This document shows positions 42,201-51,199 of a stretch of 64,000 bases of DNA, piece by piece. This stretch comes from a virus. A program made the position numbers and the translations under genes. Position 1 is the stretch's first letter, and each line of letters begins with the position of its first letter. Location: positions 64,001 through 128,000 of the IMG/VR virus record IMGVR_UViG_3300043449_002450; one strand, given 5' to 3'. The notes below the pieces were generated by a model that was not told where the DNA came from, did no database searches, and worked only from the letters and a program-made list of their open reading frames with translations.

Positions 42201-42753
42201 CCTCTATATTGATACAGCATCTATCGTAGATGTTTCTGGTTATCCTGGCCTCCTTTTGGCACTTGGTCTTATAAGTTTGGGAACGTTAACAAACGCCGGA
42301 GGCGCTGCAATACAAGCAGGCATACAAAACAACTCAGATATCGGGCCAATTGATCTTCCCCTGTCAGATGTCGTGGGAAGCCTAGGACGCACATTCACAT
42401 CACCCATCTACAACCCGATCACACGCGCCATGGAAGAGCGCATGGGTGAGGGCCTCGCAGGCGTCTTTACGAATCTATCATTTACCTGGATGGAGGCACC
42501 TTGGGAGACAGATTGGAACGCGCGTGCCCCCATGGCGTGCAAGGTGACGTTCGGGTTTGACCCAATTCACGATATCTCGCCGGGTCTCGATGCAAGCGGA
42601 TTCAATCGTGCGCCAATTTACAATGTTGGTCAGATCATGAACGATTCATTCGGCCAGCCAAGGAGAGATGGAGGCGCCGCTTCAAGATACTTCTACAAGC
42701 GTGGTGGTGCTGTCGCAGAGGATGCTAAAGGTCCCATGAGCAAGACGGAATAG
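39211..42753 (+). CDS. Large baseplate/tail-tube initiator-like protein
   Basis: PFYFRDLRTNEIIAFHGFLEQISDGF...GRSD...TKRAIGGTF...YPQY...PIIRMRVGDLI and a C-terminal LSFTW...WE...PMACKVTFGF tube-fold pattern; GAGG immediately upstream of ATG 39211. Confidence 0.6.
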   Translation: MSTRQTLRDFLSSVGSTKSSISIVVEGDPATGIVAEGNDLGVEPQTAKELLDFSTGDSLLGDYTSFVTRRNMYPIMPGTRAAPEARRGSALEPPEEVSAARVFAASNTDEIDRSSSGMFDAAGVPLRTIVDKVGNGSARDGNYLLPEVVSAPANSDAAAGQSNAVVGAFAMLKKYNNMGPTSDTQTYTDGYSSVERFGRQSQIRIQTGEGVYEPQTVELSADIGQSDLVEIARSMMIRAAGWDRTISPGDAGNPEGVFNAASLERLDSFPGISGRQSGPDPYRARDAYGMPASATGDSILEGQGDILPRTTEDAKYTSSNGSSDTPYSPYLDDPSTAIGNRIQALQSGIAIMGLACLLDRSFIAIDRYVSELQIKSDSSDPEHNDNVLRGPYFMGTSLKSNVSSRVRAYTRVFTTTTGIYSYRACVAEALYGLFGINFVDLGRTEGFDINTTVIARAYKEEITKIANNTENGANFYQSPMGMSHGFWKSVSQSAIRTIKNLQNAAVEGNASDFVSAITGLSNSLAIKILNVFAQIGYQRLVIQSIPTSEIAEGGQVKNPWGIDDYPNAPGTRQMKSRDGVLSKTSLAWRNSALPSMFLLPVEAMSATLDLDFLTDKEAGSNPIKGMLGSTLFDKVYVNATRNSSMIPAAVAKRLEDRLGAEYLPFYFRDLRTNEIIAFHGFLEQISDGFTPSNTTTTGFGRSDGVRNYSSTKRAIGGTFWIVATSKEDFDEMWFKINKLTTMVYPQYTKGRLVRAKNNTLGAGLISPADVDFEQPFSQLAGGTPIIRMRVGDLIKSNYSRYNFSRLFGVGNDTFKGVDEKGLGAAVISAVAGGLGGLRSSSLGGFNFDARLVPFLVYAASPMEAGRLTGLIGNATGQAAADFAAEAAGDAIAYLLKNGFVNPLIYGDRKKMFAGEREETDGLISALYGAGTVLLKSRGTPYIVNKDNSTVNMRLHRPVLVKVGSKVKNSSGPSFNVTIVDESAGNLNGAKLIVSDADLYIDTASIVDVSGYPGLLLALGLISLGTLTNAGGAAIQAGIQNNSDIGPIDLPLSDVVGSLGRTFTSPIYNPITRAMEERMGEGLAGVFTNLSFTWMEAPWETDWNARAPMACKVTFGFDPIHDISPGLDASGFNRAPIYNVGQIMNDSFGQPRRDGGAASRYFYKRGGAVAEDAKGPMSKTE

Positions 42754-42768
42754 GAGTGGTAGAAAGAT

Positions 42769-43062
42769 ATGGCAACTAGCAGATATGCTTTCACAGAGAG
42801 GATAGACGGCACACGTGTTGGAACATCCACACTAAGCTCACGCATCTATCTCGCTGCGCAAAATGGCCAGATCGGCTATAACGACTCACGTCTTGTTAGA
42901 CAACAACGCCTTGATCACGTGGCGCATGTCACTTACGGTGATAGCACACTATGGTGGGTGATAGCTGCTGCTTCTGGGATCGGATGGGGCTTACAATGCC
43001 CACCCGGAACAGTCATCAGGATTCCAACTGATCTTAATCAAATATACGCATTAATGAGGTGA
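42769..43062 (+). CDS. LysM-like baseplate wedge protein (gp53/P2 gpX-like)
   Basis: RLDHVAHVTYGDSTLWWVIAAASGI...PGTVIRIP. Confidence 0.8.
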   Translation: MATSRYAFTERIDGTRVGTSTLSSRIYLAAQNGQIGYNDSRLVRQQRLDHVAHVTYGDSTLWWVIAAASGIGWGLQCPPGTVIRIPTDLNQIYALMR

Positions 43063-43065
43063 TAG

Positions 43066-45993
43066 ATGCCTGGCGACGGCTTTAGCCCATCAGAATCGAT
43101 AGGCAATTACACGGAGATACGTGAGGCTGCTAATCTTCTGTCAAGATATGTCTCCTTCACAACAAAAGACAAGCTAGATCTTATTACCAGCATCGCGTCG
43201 ACCAGAGATGTGAATCAAGATCCAACGCAGGACAAAAGCCTGTTTGAGCTTGCTGGCAAGATGGAGCTAATAGTTGGATCAACAGAAGGAACACCTCTAT
43301 ATGAGGCTGCAGACAAGCTGTTGAAGGGACAGCAAAAGCCTCTTAGGTATGATAAATTTACACCAGGTGCTGGATCTATCTTGAATAGCAAAGCAGGCGC
43401 TGCTGGCGGGTTTATCTCCGTATCAAACACTAGCAAGACACCTGTTCCACGTGTCGTGAGCGTTTTCAATCACGCCGCATCAGAGAGAATCAATATCTCA
43501 TCTAGTCTTTCTGACATATCAGCTATGTTTTGTGCGCTTGTGCCGCCTGTCGAGATGTCGCTGTGTGTTCCCTACTTTAATGTCAAGATCATCTACCCAA
43601 GAGAATCTGATGGGCAAGGAAGTCTAAGCTTGATTCGTTACGTGGGCGTGAAGCCTGAGATTAAGCAAGGTAAAACGGGAGAAAAGAAGATCATAAACGA
43701 GACTCTTGGGCGCGGTTATGAGGATCCTCTCATAAATAAGATTGGCTATGACGTCGCAGGGATGGAAATTTTCACTGTGCCGCAGACTCTAGGCCCCAAG
43801 AGCTCAACAATAAACTCTGATGATGAGATTGCTGCTCGAGGTGTCACCATTCTAGACACAAACTCTCCGCTAATGACGCTTGAGTCTGCAAGCATACAGC
43901 AGACAGGAATTGGCGGCAGCTTATACGCCCAGACAAAAGTTGAGCTAAAACTGACTCTTCATGATCGATCCCGATTGGGCGAGATCGAGACGCTTGTAAG
44001 CGCCCAAGCTTTCCCAACGGTCAGTTTTAGAATCACCTACGGCTGGCAGCACCCACACGGCAATAAGATGTCTGGGAATGTCTACGCCAAGCTAATAAAT
44101 GCCATGAAGGTCACACAGGACTTTGTTGTGTCATCAGTTAGCCTTTCGTCTCGTGACTCGGCATCAATGTCAATATCGCTCAGCCTAGTGTCTGCTGGAA
44201 ACTATGTGGCTAAAAGTGCGAAGATATTGACATCTCTTGGCGAGTTGGTTCCCTACAGCGTCCTACAACCGCTTATCAAGCAAGTTGTCAACTTTAGAAC
44301 GGATAAAAATGGTAAGGAGCCATTTAAGGCTGTTGGAACGTCAATTGTGACAAACACAAGCCCAGCAGCTTCCTCTAATAAGTTTATTAGGGTCGATAAA
44401 TTTTATGAATTTAAGAAGATGCTAGATGAGCAGACTCAGCTTGTGGGAGAGAAGGACAGCTACAAGATTGAGAAAATTGTTAAAGCCCTAACAGACATAG
44501 AAACAAACGGCGTTGTGACAGCAGATTCAAGCGCTTACGGAGAGCTATTCGTCTTTCCAAGCACTGACTACGGCTTATACATGCCTAAAAATATTAGACC
44601 AGCACCGACATACGCAGCCAGAATGAATAAGCTTGCTCCCTCCTCATTGACAGAAACATCTAAGAGCTCGAGCGTTCCAGGTGCCATACCGATGTCTGCT
44701 GCAATCTCTAAATACGTTGCGCTACCCCTTCTACTTTCACAACCTGATATTGATGAGGTTAGAGTCCACTTCTACAGCTTTAATGAGACAGCAGGCTACC
44801 AGGCTGCTTCGTGCATAGGCGATTTTCCAATAATTCTGCGAGACTTGATAGCCACCAGAGATCCTAAAAGCAACAAATTGACTGACTACATTGACGGCAG
44901 AACGTCAGTTGAGAAAGTGATGTCCATGATTGTCGCCCAGGCAAGCACCCCCACATCACCCTTCTATGGCCTAACAACACACTTAGATAAACAAGCAGAG
45001 GCAGCGAAACAGACAGATACCGCAGTTCAGAGTGCTGCAAGTGATGAGCAAAGAAAAGAGAAGCAAGCAGAAGCAAAAATCCTTCAAGATAAGCTTAAGT
45101 CTGATACTGATAAAAGGAATAGAGAGATCCTGCGTGAGCTAGGCATAAAGACCTTGTCTGATACGGCTTTCGTTCCACCACGCGTCAAGACACACATGGA
45201 AGTTGTCCCAGCTTATCTAAACGACGATGAAAAGTCAACTGTGCCCAGGCGCCTTCTGCGGATACACGTCTACGACGAGAGGGCAGCTGGCATTGGCAAC
45301 AAGGCTAACTTTTTGGTCTCGCTCATGAATAATGCGACAGGTGTGGGCGCAGTCAATAGTGACATGGAAGTCTCACCAGCGATGAGCGAGCTCCTTGATA
45401 ATCTCACCGAACGAAGCGATGGTCAAATAAAATACTACGCGCTCAAGGACAAGGTCACAGCTAGGAAGTTCATATCTGACTCATATCCGACATTTGTCAT
45501 CGGTGCTGATACAGGCATGATCACTAGCACGACATTTAACTCACAGCCCGCCGGCGATGTTGCATCGTCATATTTGCTGTCTGCACTTGAGGGAGGATCA
45601 ACAGGAAACTCATCCGGTGCGTCAGTCACAAATGACCTCATAGATGATGTCAACATAATTCCCACGACTGTCACCATGAATATGATAGGAAACATATGCA
45701 TGGCAAGGGGTCAGACGTATTTCATAGATTTTAATACCGGCACGACTCTTGATAACACATACACGGTGACTTCTGTGAGCCATAGCATTAAACCCGGCGG
45801 TTTCACGACATCTGTGACATTTGCACCCGTAGCCTCAGCATCCATGAAGTCGGCACTAAGACAGATTACAGAGATCAAGAAGCTTCTAATAAAGCCTCCA
45901 GCATCCACAGCACAGACTAAGACAGGCGAAGCATTTCTAGACAAACAGCGTCGAGGCCACAGCATAGGCAGAACAAGCACAACAGGTGTCTAG
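43066..45993 (+). CDS. Baseplate hub protein (gp27/VgrG-N-like)
   Basis: FRITYGW near the N-terminal third; C-terminal TMNMIGN...GQTYFIDF...YTVTSVSHSIKPGGFTTSVTF typical of hub proteins; follows the LysM gene. Confidence 0.6.
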   Translation: MPGDGFSPSESIGNYTEIREAANLLSRYVSFTTKDKLDLITSIASTRDVNQDPTQDKSLFELAGKMELIVGSTEGTPLYEAADKLLKGQQKPLRYDKFTPGAGSILNSKAGAAGGFISVSNTSKTPVPRVVSVFNHAASERINISSSLSDISAMFCALVPPVEMSLCVPYFNVKIIYPRESDGQGSLSLIRYVGVKPEIKQGKTGEKKIINETLGRGYEDPLINKIGYDVAGMEIFTVPQTLGPKSSTINSDDEIAARGVTILDTNSPLMTLESASIQQTGIGGSLYAQTKVELKLTLHDRSRLGEIETLVSAQAFPTVSFRITYGWQHPHGNKMSGNVYAKLINAMKVTQDFVVSSVSLSSRDSASMSISLSLVSAGNYVAKSAKILTSLGELVPYSVLQPLIKQVVNFRTDKNGKEPFKAVGTSIVTNTSPAASSNKFIRVDKFYEFKKMLDEQTQLVGEKDSYKIEKIVKALTDIETNGVVTADSSAYGELFVFPSTDYGLYMPKNIRPAPTYAARMNKLAPSSLTETSKSSSVPGAIPMSAAISKYVALPLLLSQPDIDEVRVHFYSFNETAGYQAASCIGDFPIILRDLIATRDPKSNKLTDYIDGRTSVEKVMSMIVAQASTPTSPFYGLTTHLDKQAEAAKQTDTAVQSAASDEQRKEKQAEAKILQDKLKSDTDKRNREILRELGIKTLSDTAFVPPRVKTHMEVVPAYLNDDEKSTVPRRLLRIHVYDERAAGIGNKANFLVSLMNNATGVGAVNSDMEVSPAMSELLDNLTERSDGQIKYYALKDKVTARKFISDSYPTFVIGADTGMITSTTFNSQPAGDVASSYLLSALEGGSTGNSSGASVTNDLIDDVNIIPTTVTMNMIGNICMARGQTYFIDFNTGTTLDNTYTVTSVSHSIKPGGFTTSVTFAPVASASMKSALRQITEIKKLLIKPPASTAQTKTGEAFLDKQRRGHSIGRTSTTGV

Positions 45994-45997
45994 AAAT

Positions 45998-46026
45998 TGT
46001 AATATCTTGCATGCGTGATCTATGAT
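45998..46026 (+). promoter_or_regulatory. Putative early/middle promoter TGTAAT-N17-TATGAT
   Basis: Same architecture recurs at 11008, 49047, 50003, 56027, 57852 and 62610; ATG lies 6 nt after the -10 box. Confidence 0.55.
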
Positions 46027-46032
46027 CAACAT

Positions 46033-47160
46033 ATGCGAATCTTCTTCGATAAGGCGATTACGGGCGTGTCTAAGAGCTTTGTCTGGGAAAACGGTGTCAT
46101 CTCTATTGATGAGATGTGTAGTAAAGATGCATGGCATTTTAAGCCTAATGCATCGAGGTATAAGAGCGTTCTAGCCACTGCAGATGCTGCTGGTTGTGAC
46201 ATCCGTGTGGTGCCTAAAAACCCACATGCACGCTTCTGGATGAAGCACACAAATGAACCGGCGTGGCACAGAATATTTTCTAGAGACGACATGACATCGC
46301 ATATCCGTGCTCAAGTGGATGCTGTCACAAAGTTCATGACAGACGAGCGTTACGCCTACTACACGACACAATACCAGATCCAGCAAAAGCTGCTGGATAG
46401 CCTTGGTCGTATACGCGCGATTAAGGATGACGATCCTAACGATGTGCATCCGGATCGTGAAGGATTCGCAGCGCTACCCGTCTATGACAACCAAAGCTCA
46501 TCGACTGGCAGGATGTCAATCAAGGCTGGTCCTAAAATTTTGACAATGCCACGTGACACCAGAAAAAACTTTGTCTCACGCTGGCTTGGTGACGGAGAGT
46601 TGATCGAGATCGATTTTAACGCGCTCGAGCTGCGCGTCCTGTCGTGGATGGTGGGTCTCAATATTGACTCAAAGGACGCCTACCAGTGGATCGCATCTGC
46701 TGTAGATCTCTCTGACACGCCTCGACATGTCATCAAGGAGGCGACCCTGGCCTCGATGTATGGTATGTCTAGGAAGAATTTTGCGTTACGCTACCAGGAC
46801 ATGCCTGACGCGATTGACGTCTATGAGAAGGTTAGAGATCTTTTGCAGATCACTGAATTAGACAGACGAATCGCAGCAGGCGCATTCAAAAATGCGTTTG
46901 GGCGTCCGCTATCTGACACGACCGCTAGAGTTAGTCACTACGTGCAATCTTCTGCTGTTGACGTGGCGTGTGAGGGTTTCTTAAACTTTGTTGAGAACAA
47001 TCAAGAATCTGTTCCTTGCTTTTTGATCCACGACGCGCTAGTGGTTGATGTTCATAAGGACAATGTCGATAAAGTGATGTCTTTCTGTAAAAACGGTCTT
47101 AGAGTTGATTCAATAGATCTAGACATGCCAGTTAGATGTAGGAGATTTGGAAGTGAGTGA
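46033..47160 (+). CDS. Minimal family A DNA polymerase (polymerase domain only)
   Basis: STGRMS, motif A IEIDFNALELRVL, motif B RHVIKEATLASMYG, VQSSAVD and motif C LIHDALVVDV; about 375 aa with no exonuclease motifs. Confidence 0.85.
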   Translation: MRIFFDKAITGVSKSFVWENGVISIDEMCSKDAWHFKPNASRYKSVLATADAAGCDIRVVPKNPHARFWMKHTNEPAWHRIFSRDDMTSHIRAQVDAVTKFMTDERYAYYTTQYQIQQKLLDSLGRIRAIKDDDPNDVHPDREGFAALPVYDNQSSSTGRMSIKAGPKILTMPRDTRKNFVSRWLGDGELIEIDFNALELRVLSWMVGLNIDSKDAYQWIASAVDLSDTPRHVIKEATLASMYGMSRKNFALRYQDMPDAIDVYEKVRDLLQITELDRRIAAGAFKNAFGRPLSDTTARVSHYVQSSAVDVACEGFLNFVENNQESVPCFLIHDALVVDVHKDNVDKVMSFCKNGLRVDSIDLDMPVRCRRFGSE

Positions 47161-47758
47161 ATCTGAGATTTTGGCAAACTTTGAAAAATTCTGTAAGATC
47201 CTATCAAAGGTGGAGGATGAGGGACGTGCAGCAGCAATTAAGAAGTTTCTTGACGAGAACGGCGATAGAATTGCAACAGCACCAGGTCACGATCGACATG
47301 ATCGTCACAGTGCTGCTCCCGGAGGCATGGTCAAACGTGCGCTCGATACTCTAAAAAACGCTAGAGATCTCATCAACGTGCGAGCCTTCTCGGAAGTTAA
47401 TGTGCCGCTCGATAGCGTGATAGTCGTGTGCCTCTTGCACGACGTTGGCCGAATTGGTGACGAGAATGGTGACTATTACCTGCCTCAAAAATCGTCTTGG
47501 CATCTTGAGAAGGGAAACTATTACACTTATAATCCTGCCATTCGGCGGATGACACACCCCCACCGAGGTCTCTACATGCTGCAAAGAAGCGGCATACAGC
47601 TGACACAGGATGAGTGGACAGCGATTGCCACACAGACGGGTGGCAGTCATGAGGAGAATAGATTCTATAACGGTTTTGAGACACCTCTTGCCGTTCTGCT
47701 GCAAATGGCGATTAAGCTATCCAGCATGCAAGATTTCTGTGGACCAGAGAATAGTTAG
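47153..47758 (+). CDS. HD-domain protein with degenerate metal ligands
   Basis: TAPG...HSAAPGG and VCLLHDVGRIG resemble YhaM-type HD domains, but the first His and the final Asp appear substituted. Confidence 0.7.
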   Translation: MSESEILANFEKFCKILSKVEDEGRAAAIKKFLDENGDRIATAPGHDRHDRHSAAPGGMVKRALDTLKNARDLINVRAFSEVNVPLDSVIVVCLLHDVGRIGDENGDYYLPQKSSWHLEKGNYYTYNPAIRRMTHPHRGLYMLQRSGIQLTQDEWTAIATQTGGSHEENRFYNGFETPLAVLLQMAIKLSSMQDFCGPENS

Positions 47759-47762
47759 ATGC

Positions 47763-49049
47763 ATGAGCAGAAAAGTAGACGGGACAGAGCGATCAGGAAG
47801 AGGAACAGCGCCATCCGCAGCAGGCGGATTTGGAGGCGCTGATACGTCGCTTGTTCGGCTTGGGAGGCCGTTTGTTCCCAAGCCATTTAGGTCAACAGGT
47901 GGGATGAGCACTTCTGCTGACTCAACATTCTCTGTCCGTCTAGGCCAGCACAACACCGATCAAGAGCTACCAGATGACCAGGTCAATATCAACGGTATTG
48001 TAGATAGGAAAGTCTCTGATAGAAGATATTTACCTAGGAAGCTTAATAACATGAAACGCTACCTTCACAAAACATCTCTAGCCGAGGCACTGTCACTTGA
48101 TGACGATGATGTCTCAAGAAAGTTCGCTGAATATGAGATCATGCTGAATGAGATGGAATCTCTTGACTTTGGTGATGTGAAGGATTTCTTGTCAATGGGC
48201 ACTCAAAAATCAGACGCAGCAGGTCAAAAGCCCATTGAGCCTTCTAGAAAGGATGTAACAGATGCTAAACACACACTGCTTGACACAGCAGCACAGTTTT
48301 TAGCTGCTCGAATTCCGTTCGGTGACGTTTACTATGGCTTCAGGGCTTTCAAGACATTTAAAGAAATCGAAGAACAGTCAAAAAAGCTCAATGAACTTTT
48401 GAGCAAGTCGGGTGTGTCAGTTGATCTCATGGCACCACCAGAGGCAAATGTTGACACAATTAAGAAGCTGTTCATAACATCAGCAGCGGATCGTGCGATG
48501 CTTAAGAAGAGCACGGTAACCATCGCGCTAAAGTGCTATGACTTCTTCACTGATCTCATCTCTTCTGTTCCACTCGAAGTTTTTCCTCCTCTTGCGATGC
48601 TTGACACCGCCATCGATGTGGGTATAAGCACCGTCGCGACCATAACACCCGATGAAACTTTAGCGATAAAGCTTTTAGACTTTGCGCTGAAGTATAATGA
48701 GACGTTGCGTGAGCTAGAAGGAAAGATTAGCGCCTATTTGCCGGGTGAAGACTTTGCACACCTTAATAAGGTTACTAACTTTATAGGCAACCTAGCGCTC
48801 ATCCACGGTTCTGTCTCAAGCGCAGAGAAAGAAATAGAAGTATCTGAAGATCCTGACATTCTCGCCGAGCGTCGCCGTCGGAAGAAGAAGCGCAGCAACG
48901 AGATGTCGATGACTGCGAATATTGCAGGCTATGTGGGTCCGATGGCGTCGCCCAAGGATCCAAAACAATTCTATGGCAAGATGGCTAAGGCAGCGGGAGG
49001 TGAATATCTCACCTCAGATCCTGCGAAAACTCTTAGATCGAAGCCATGA
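47763..49049 (+). CDS. Hypothetical protein, putative late head-internal protein
   Basis: ATAGTTA late-type motif 5 nt before ATG 47763; (L/I)xE sites LAE and LNE; basic C-terminal tract. Confidence 0.55.
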   Translation: MSRKVDGTERSGRGTAPSAAGGFGGADTSLVRLGRPFVPKPFRSTGGMSTSADSTFSVRLGQHNTDQELPDDQVNINGIVDRKVSDRRYLPRKLNNMKRYLHKTSLAEALSLDDDDVSRKFAEYEIMLNEMESLDFGDVKDFLSMGTQKSDAAGQKPIEPSRKDVTDAKHTLLDTAAQFLAARIPFGDVYYGFRAFKTFKEIEEQSKKLNELLSKSGVSVDLMAPPEANVDTIKKLFITSAADRAMLKKSTVTIALKCYDFFTDLISSVPLEVFPPLAMLDTAIDVGISTVATITPDETLAIKLLDFALKYNETLRELEGKISAYLPGEDFAHLNKVTNFIGNLALIHGSVSSAEKEIEVSEDPDILAERRRRKKKRSNEMSMTANIAGYVGPMASPKDPKQFYGKMAKAAGGEYLTSDPAKTLRSKP

Positions 49050-49165
49050 AAACTCTCTCGCCACAGTCTATGATTGTGGTGTGAGGCTTACAAGACAAGC
49101 CCCTAGAATCCTCTAGAGACTAAAAACTGTAAGTTGCACATTAAACATTAAAAGGTAAAAACAAC

Positions 49166-49984
49166 ATGGCAATTAATTTTGACGCGCTCCGCAAGCGCCT
49201 TGACAATCTGTCTGGAAACAACAAGAAGAGCAACTCCTCCTGGAAGCCCAAGGAGGGTGAGGAGTATACCGTTCGCCTCCTTTCGTTCCCAAATAACGAG
49301 GGCCAGCCGTTCAAGGAGCTCTGGTTCTACTACAACATCGGCAACAACCCAGGTCTCCTCGCGCCCTATCAGTTTGGTCAGGCAGATCCGATCCAGGAGC
49401 TTATCAGCAAGCTCAAGGATGAGGGCACCAAGGAGTCCTACGAGCTCGCCAAGAAGCTCTACCCGAAGATGCGTTGCTACGCTCCGGTCATCGTCCGCGG
49501 CGAGGAGGACAAGGGAGTCCAGATCTGGGCATTCGGCAAGCAGGTCTACCAGACACTTCTCGGCATCATGCTTGATGAGGACTACGGTGACATCACCGAT
49601 CCTGAGGACGGTCGTGACGTGAAGGTCCGTTGCTTCAAGCCACCTGGCAAGAAGTATTCTGAGACCGAGGTCATGCCTCGTGGCAAGGCATCTGCGCTTA
49701 GCACTAATGTGACGCAGAACAAGCAGTGGCTCTCTAGCATTCCAGACGTCTCCAAGATGTTTGAGTCGAAGTCCTATGATGAGCTTTCTAAGATCATCAA
49801 CGACTGGATTGATGGTGGCATGCCCGATGGTAACAGCGAGGGCACCTCCCGAGGACCGTCTGAGAAGGTTGCAACTGTGTCTGAGGAAGAGGACGAGGTT
49901 CCCGTTCAGAAGAAGACAACTTCCTCTGGCAATAAAAACTACAAGTCTCTCGACGACGCTTTTAGCGATCTAATCGAAGACTAA
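49166..49984 (+). CDS. Single-stranded DNA-binding protein (T4 gp32-like)
   Basis: WKP...VRLL, PFKELWFYY, GVQIWAFGKQVY, DITDPEDGRD and an acidic tail ending LDDAFSDLIED; high-expression codon bias. Confidence 0.85.
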   Translation: MAINFDALRKRLDNLSGNNKKSNSSWKPKEGEEYTVRLLSFPNNEGQPFKELWFYYNIGNNPGLLAPYQFGQADPIQELISKLKDEGTKESYELAKKLYPKMRCYAPVIVRGEEDKGVQIWAFGKQVYQTLLGIMLDEDYGDITDPEDGRDVKVRCFKPPGKKYSETEVMPRGKASALSTNVTQNKQWLSSIPDVSKMFESKSYDELSKIINDWIDGGMPDGNSEGTSRGPSEKVATVSEEEDEVPVQKKTTSSGNKNYKSLDDAFSDLIED

Positions 49985-49991
49985 GGTTAAT

Positions 49992-50025
49992 CGGGCGCAG
50001 GATGTAAATGCAGATCCTGCGCCCG
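49992..50025 (+). terminator. 12-bp hairpin after SSB, overlapping the putative recA promoter
   Basis: CGGGCGCAGGAT-N10-ATCCTGCGCCCG followed by TATTGTTT; overlaps TGTAAA-N17-TATTGT. Confidence 0.7.
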
Positions 50026-50047
50026 TATTGTTTCTAAAGGAGAAAAT

Positions 50048-51199
50048 ATGGCAAGAGGCTCAAGAGAAAAGCGAGGCGATGAGACAGCAGGTGACTTTAC
50101 AGCTGAGCTAATATCGTCACTCAACAAAGAAAATGGATCTAGGATTGCTTATAACCTGGCAGAGGATGAATCGCCAACGCACGTCAAGAGCTGGGTATCT
50201 ACAGGGTCCACACTTCTTGACTACTGCGTTTCAAACCGCCGGAACGGCGGCCTGCCGGTAGGTCGTATCATTGAGATCTTCGGACCGCCGTCTATCGGCA
50301 AGTCTCACATTGCAACGCAGATCGCCCGGTCAACTCAGCAGATGGGTGGAATCGTTGTTTACATCGATACCGAGAATGCCACTTCTGTTGAGAACCTCCA
50401 GGCGCTAGGCGTCGACGTCAGCAAGAGATTTGTCTATGTTGACACACACTGCACAGAGGAGGTCTTCGACACAGCGGAGAAGACCATCGTCAAGGCGAAG
50501 GCGATGCAGAAGGACGTTCCAATCACGATTGTGTGGGACTCGGTGGCTGCAAGCTCTCCGAAGGCCGAGCTTTTAGGTGACTATGACAAGGATAGCATCG
50601 GTCTGCAAGCTCGCGCGATTTCAAAGGGAATGAGAAAGATCACAGGGGTCATCGGAGACATGTCGGTCCTCATGATCTGCCTCAATCAGATCCGCACAAA
50701 GATCGGCGTTCTTCATGGCGACCCGACAACCGTGCCAGGTGGAATGGCGATCCCATTCCATGCAACAACCCGTCTCAAGCTAGGTGCAGGTCAGCAGATC
50801 CAGAACAAGAACGGTGACATCATTGGAATTCACGTGTCCGCAAAGACTGTGAAGAACAAGGTTGCACCACCATTCAGGACAGCAAACTTTCAGATCCATT
50901 TCGGCAAGGGCATTGTCGAGCACGAGGAGGTCTTTGACGTTCTGCGTGACGCGGGTGAGCGCCAGGTTGGGAACAAGATGATCTGCGTCTCCGGCGATGG
51001 TGCATGGAAGGTGTTCACAGTGACCGATCTAGATCGTGGCGTCGTGATCATTGAGAAGAAGTTCCACAAGGCCGAGTTCGGTGAGATCATGAAGACGCCA
51101 GAATACAAGGCATACATCGATGACCTGATCGAGGCTGTCATGGTTAGGACCAAGGACGACCCGCAGACAACAGAGGATGTTGAGGGAGAAGCTGAGTGA
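50048..51199 (+). CDS. recA: RecA/UvsX recombinase
   Basis: STGSTLLD, GLPVGRIIEIFGPPSIGKS, YIDTE, VWDSVAA, GLQAR, NQIRTKIG and KNKVAPPF. Confidence 0.95.
   Translation: MARGSREKRGDETAGDFTAELISSLNKENGSRIAYNLAEDESPTHVKSWVSTGSTLLDYCVSNRRNGGLPVGRIIEIFGPPSIGKSHIATQIARSTQQMGGIVVYIDTENATSVENLQALGVDVSKRFVYVDTHCTEEVFDTAEKTIVKAKAMQKDVPITIVWDSVAASSPKAELLGDYDKDSIGLQARAISKGMRKITGVIGDMSVLMICLNQIRTKIGVLHGDPTTVPGGMAIPFHATTRLKLGAGQQIQNKNGDIIGIHVSAKTVKNKVAPPFRTANFQIHFGKGIVEHEEVFDVLRDAGERQVGNKMICVSGDGAWKVFTVTDLDRGVVIIEKKFHKAEFGEIMKTPEYKAYIDDLIEAVMVRTKDDPQTTEDVEGEAE

Noticed and set aside
26146-45993. Extracellular contractile injection system or tailocin, suggested by two sheaths, a LysM gene and a hub
   Set aside because: Contiguous with terminase, portal, protease, capsid and neck genes, so it is a phage tail.
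47153-47758. DatZ-like dATPase implying a 2-aminoadenine genome
   Set aside because: No PurZ in the window, and the HD metal ligands look degenerate.
47610-47762. Upstream extension of ORF 47610-49049 given in the ORF track
   Set aside because: It overlaps the HD gene by about 150 nt; ATG 47763 just after a late-type motif is the more plausible start.
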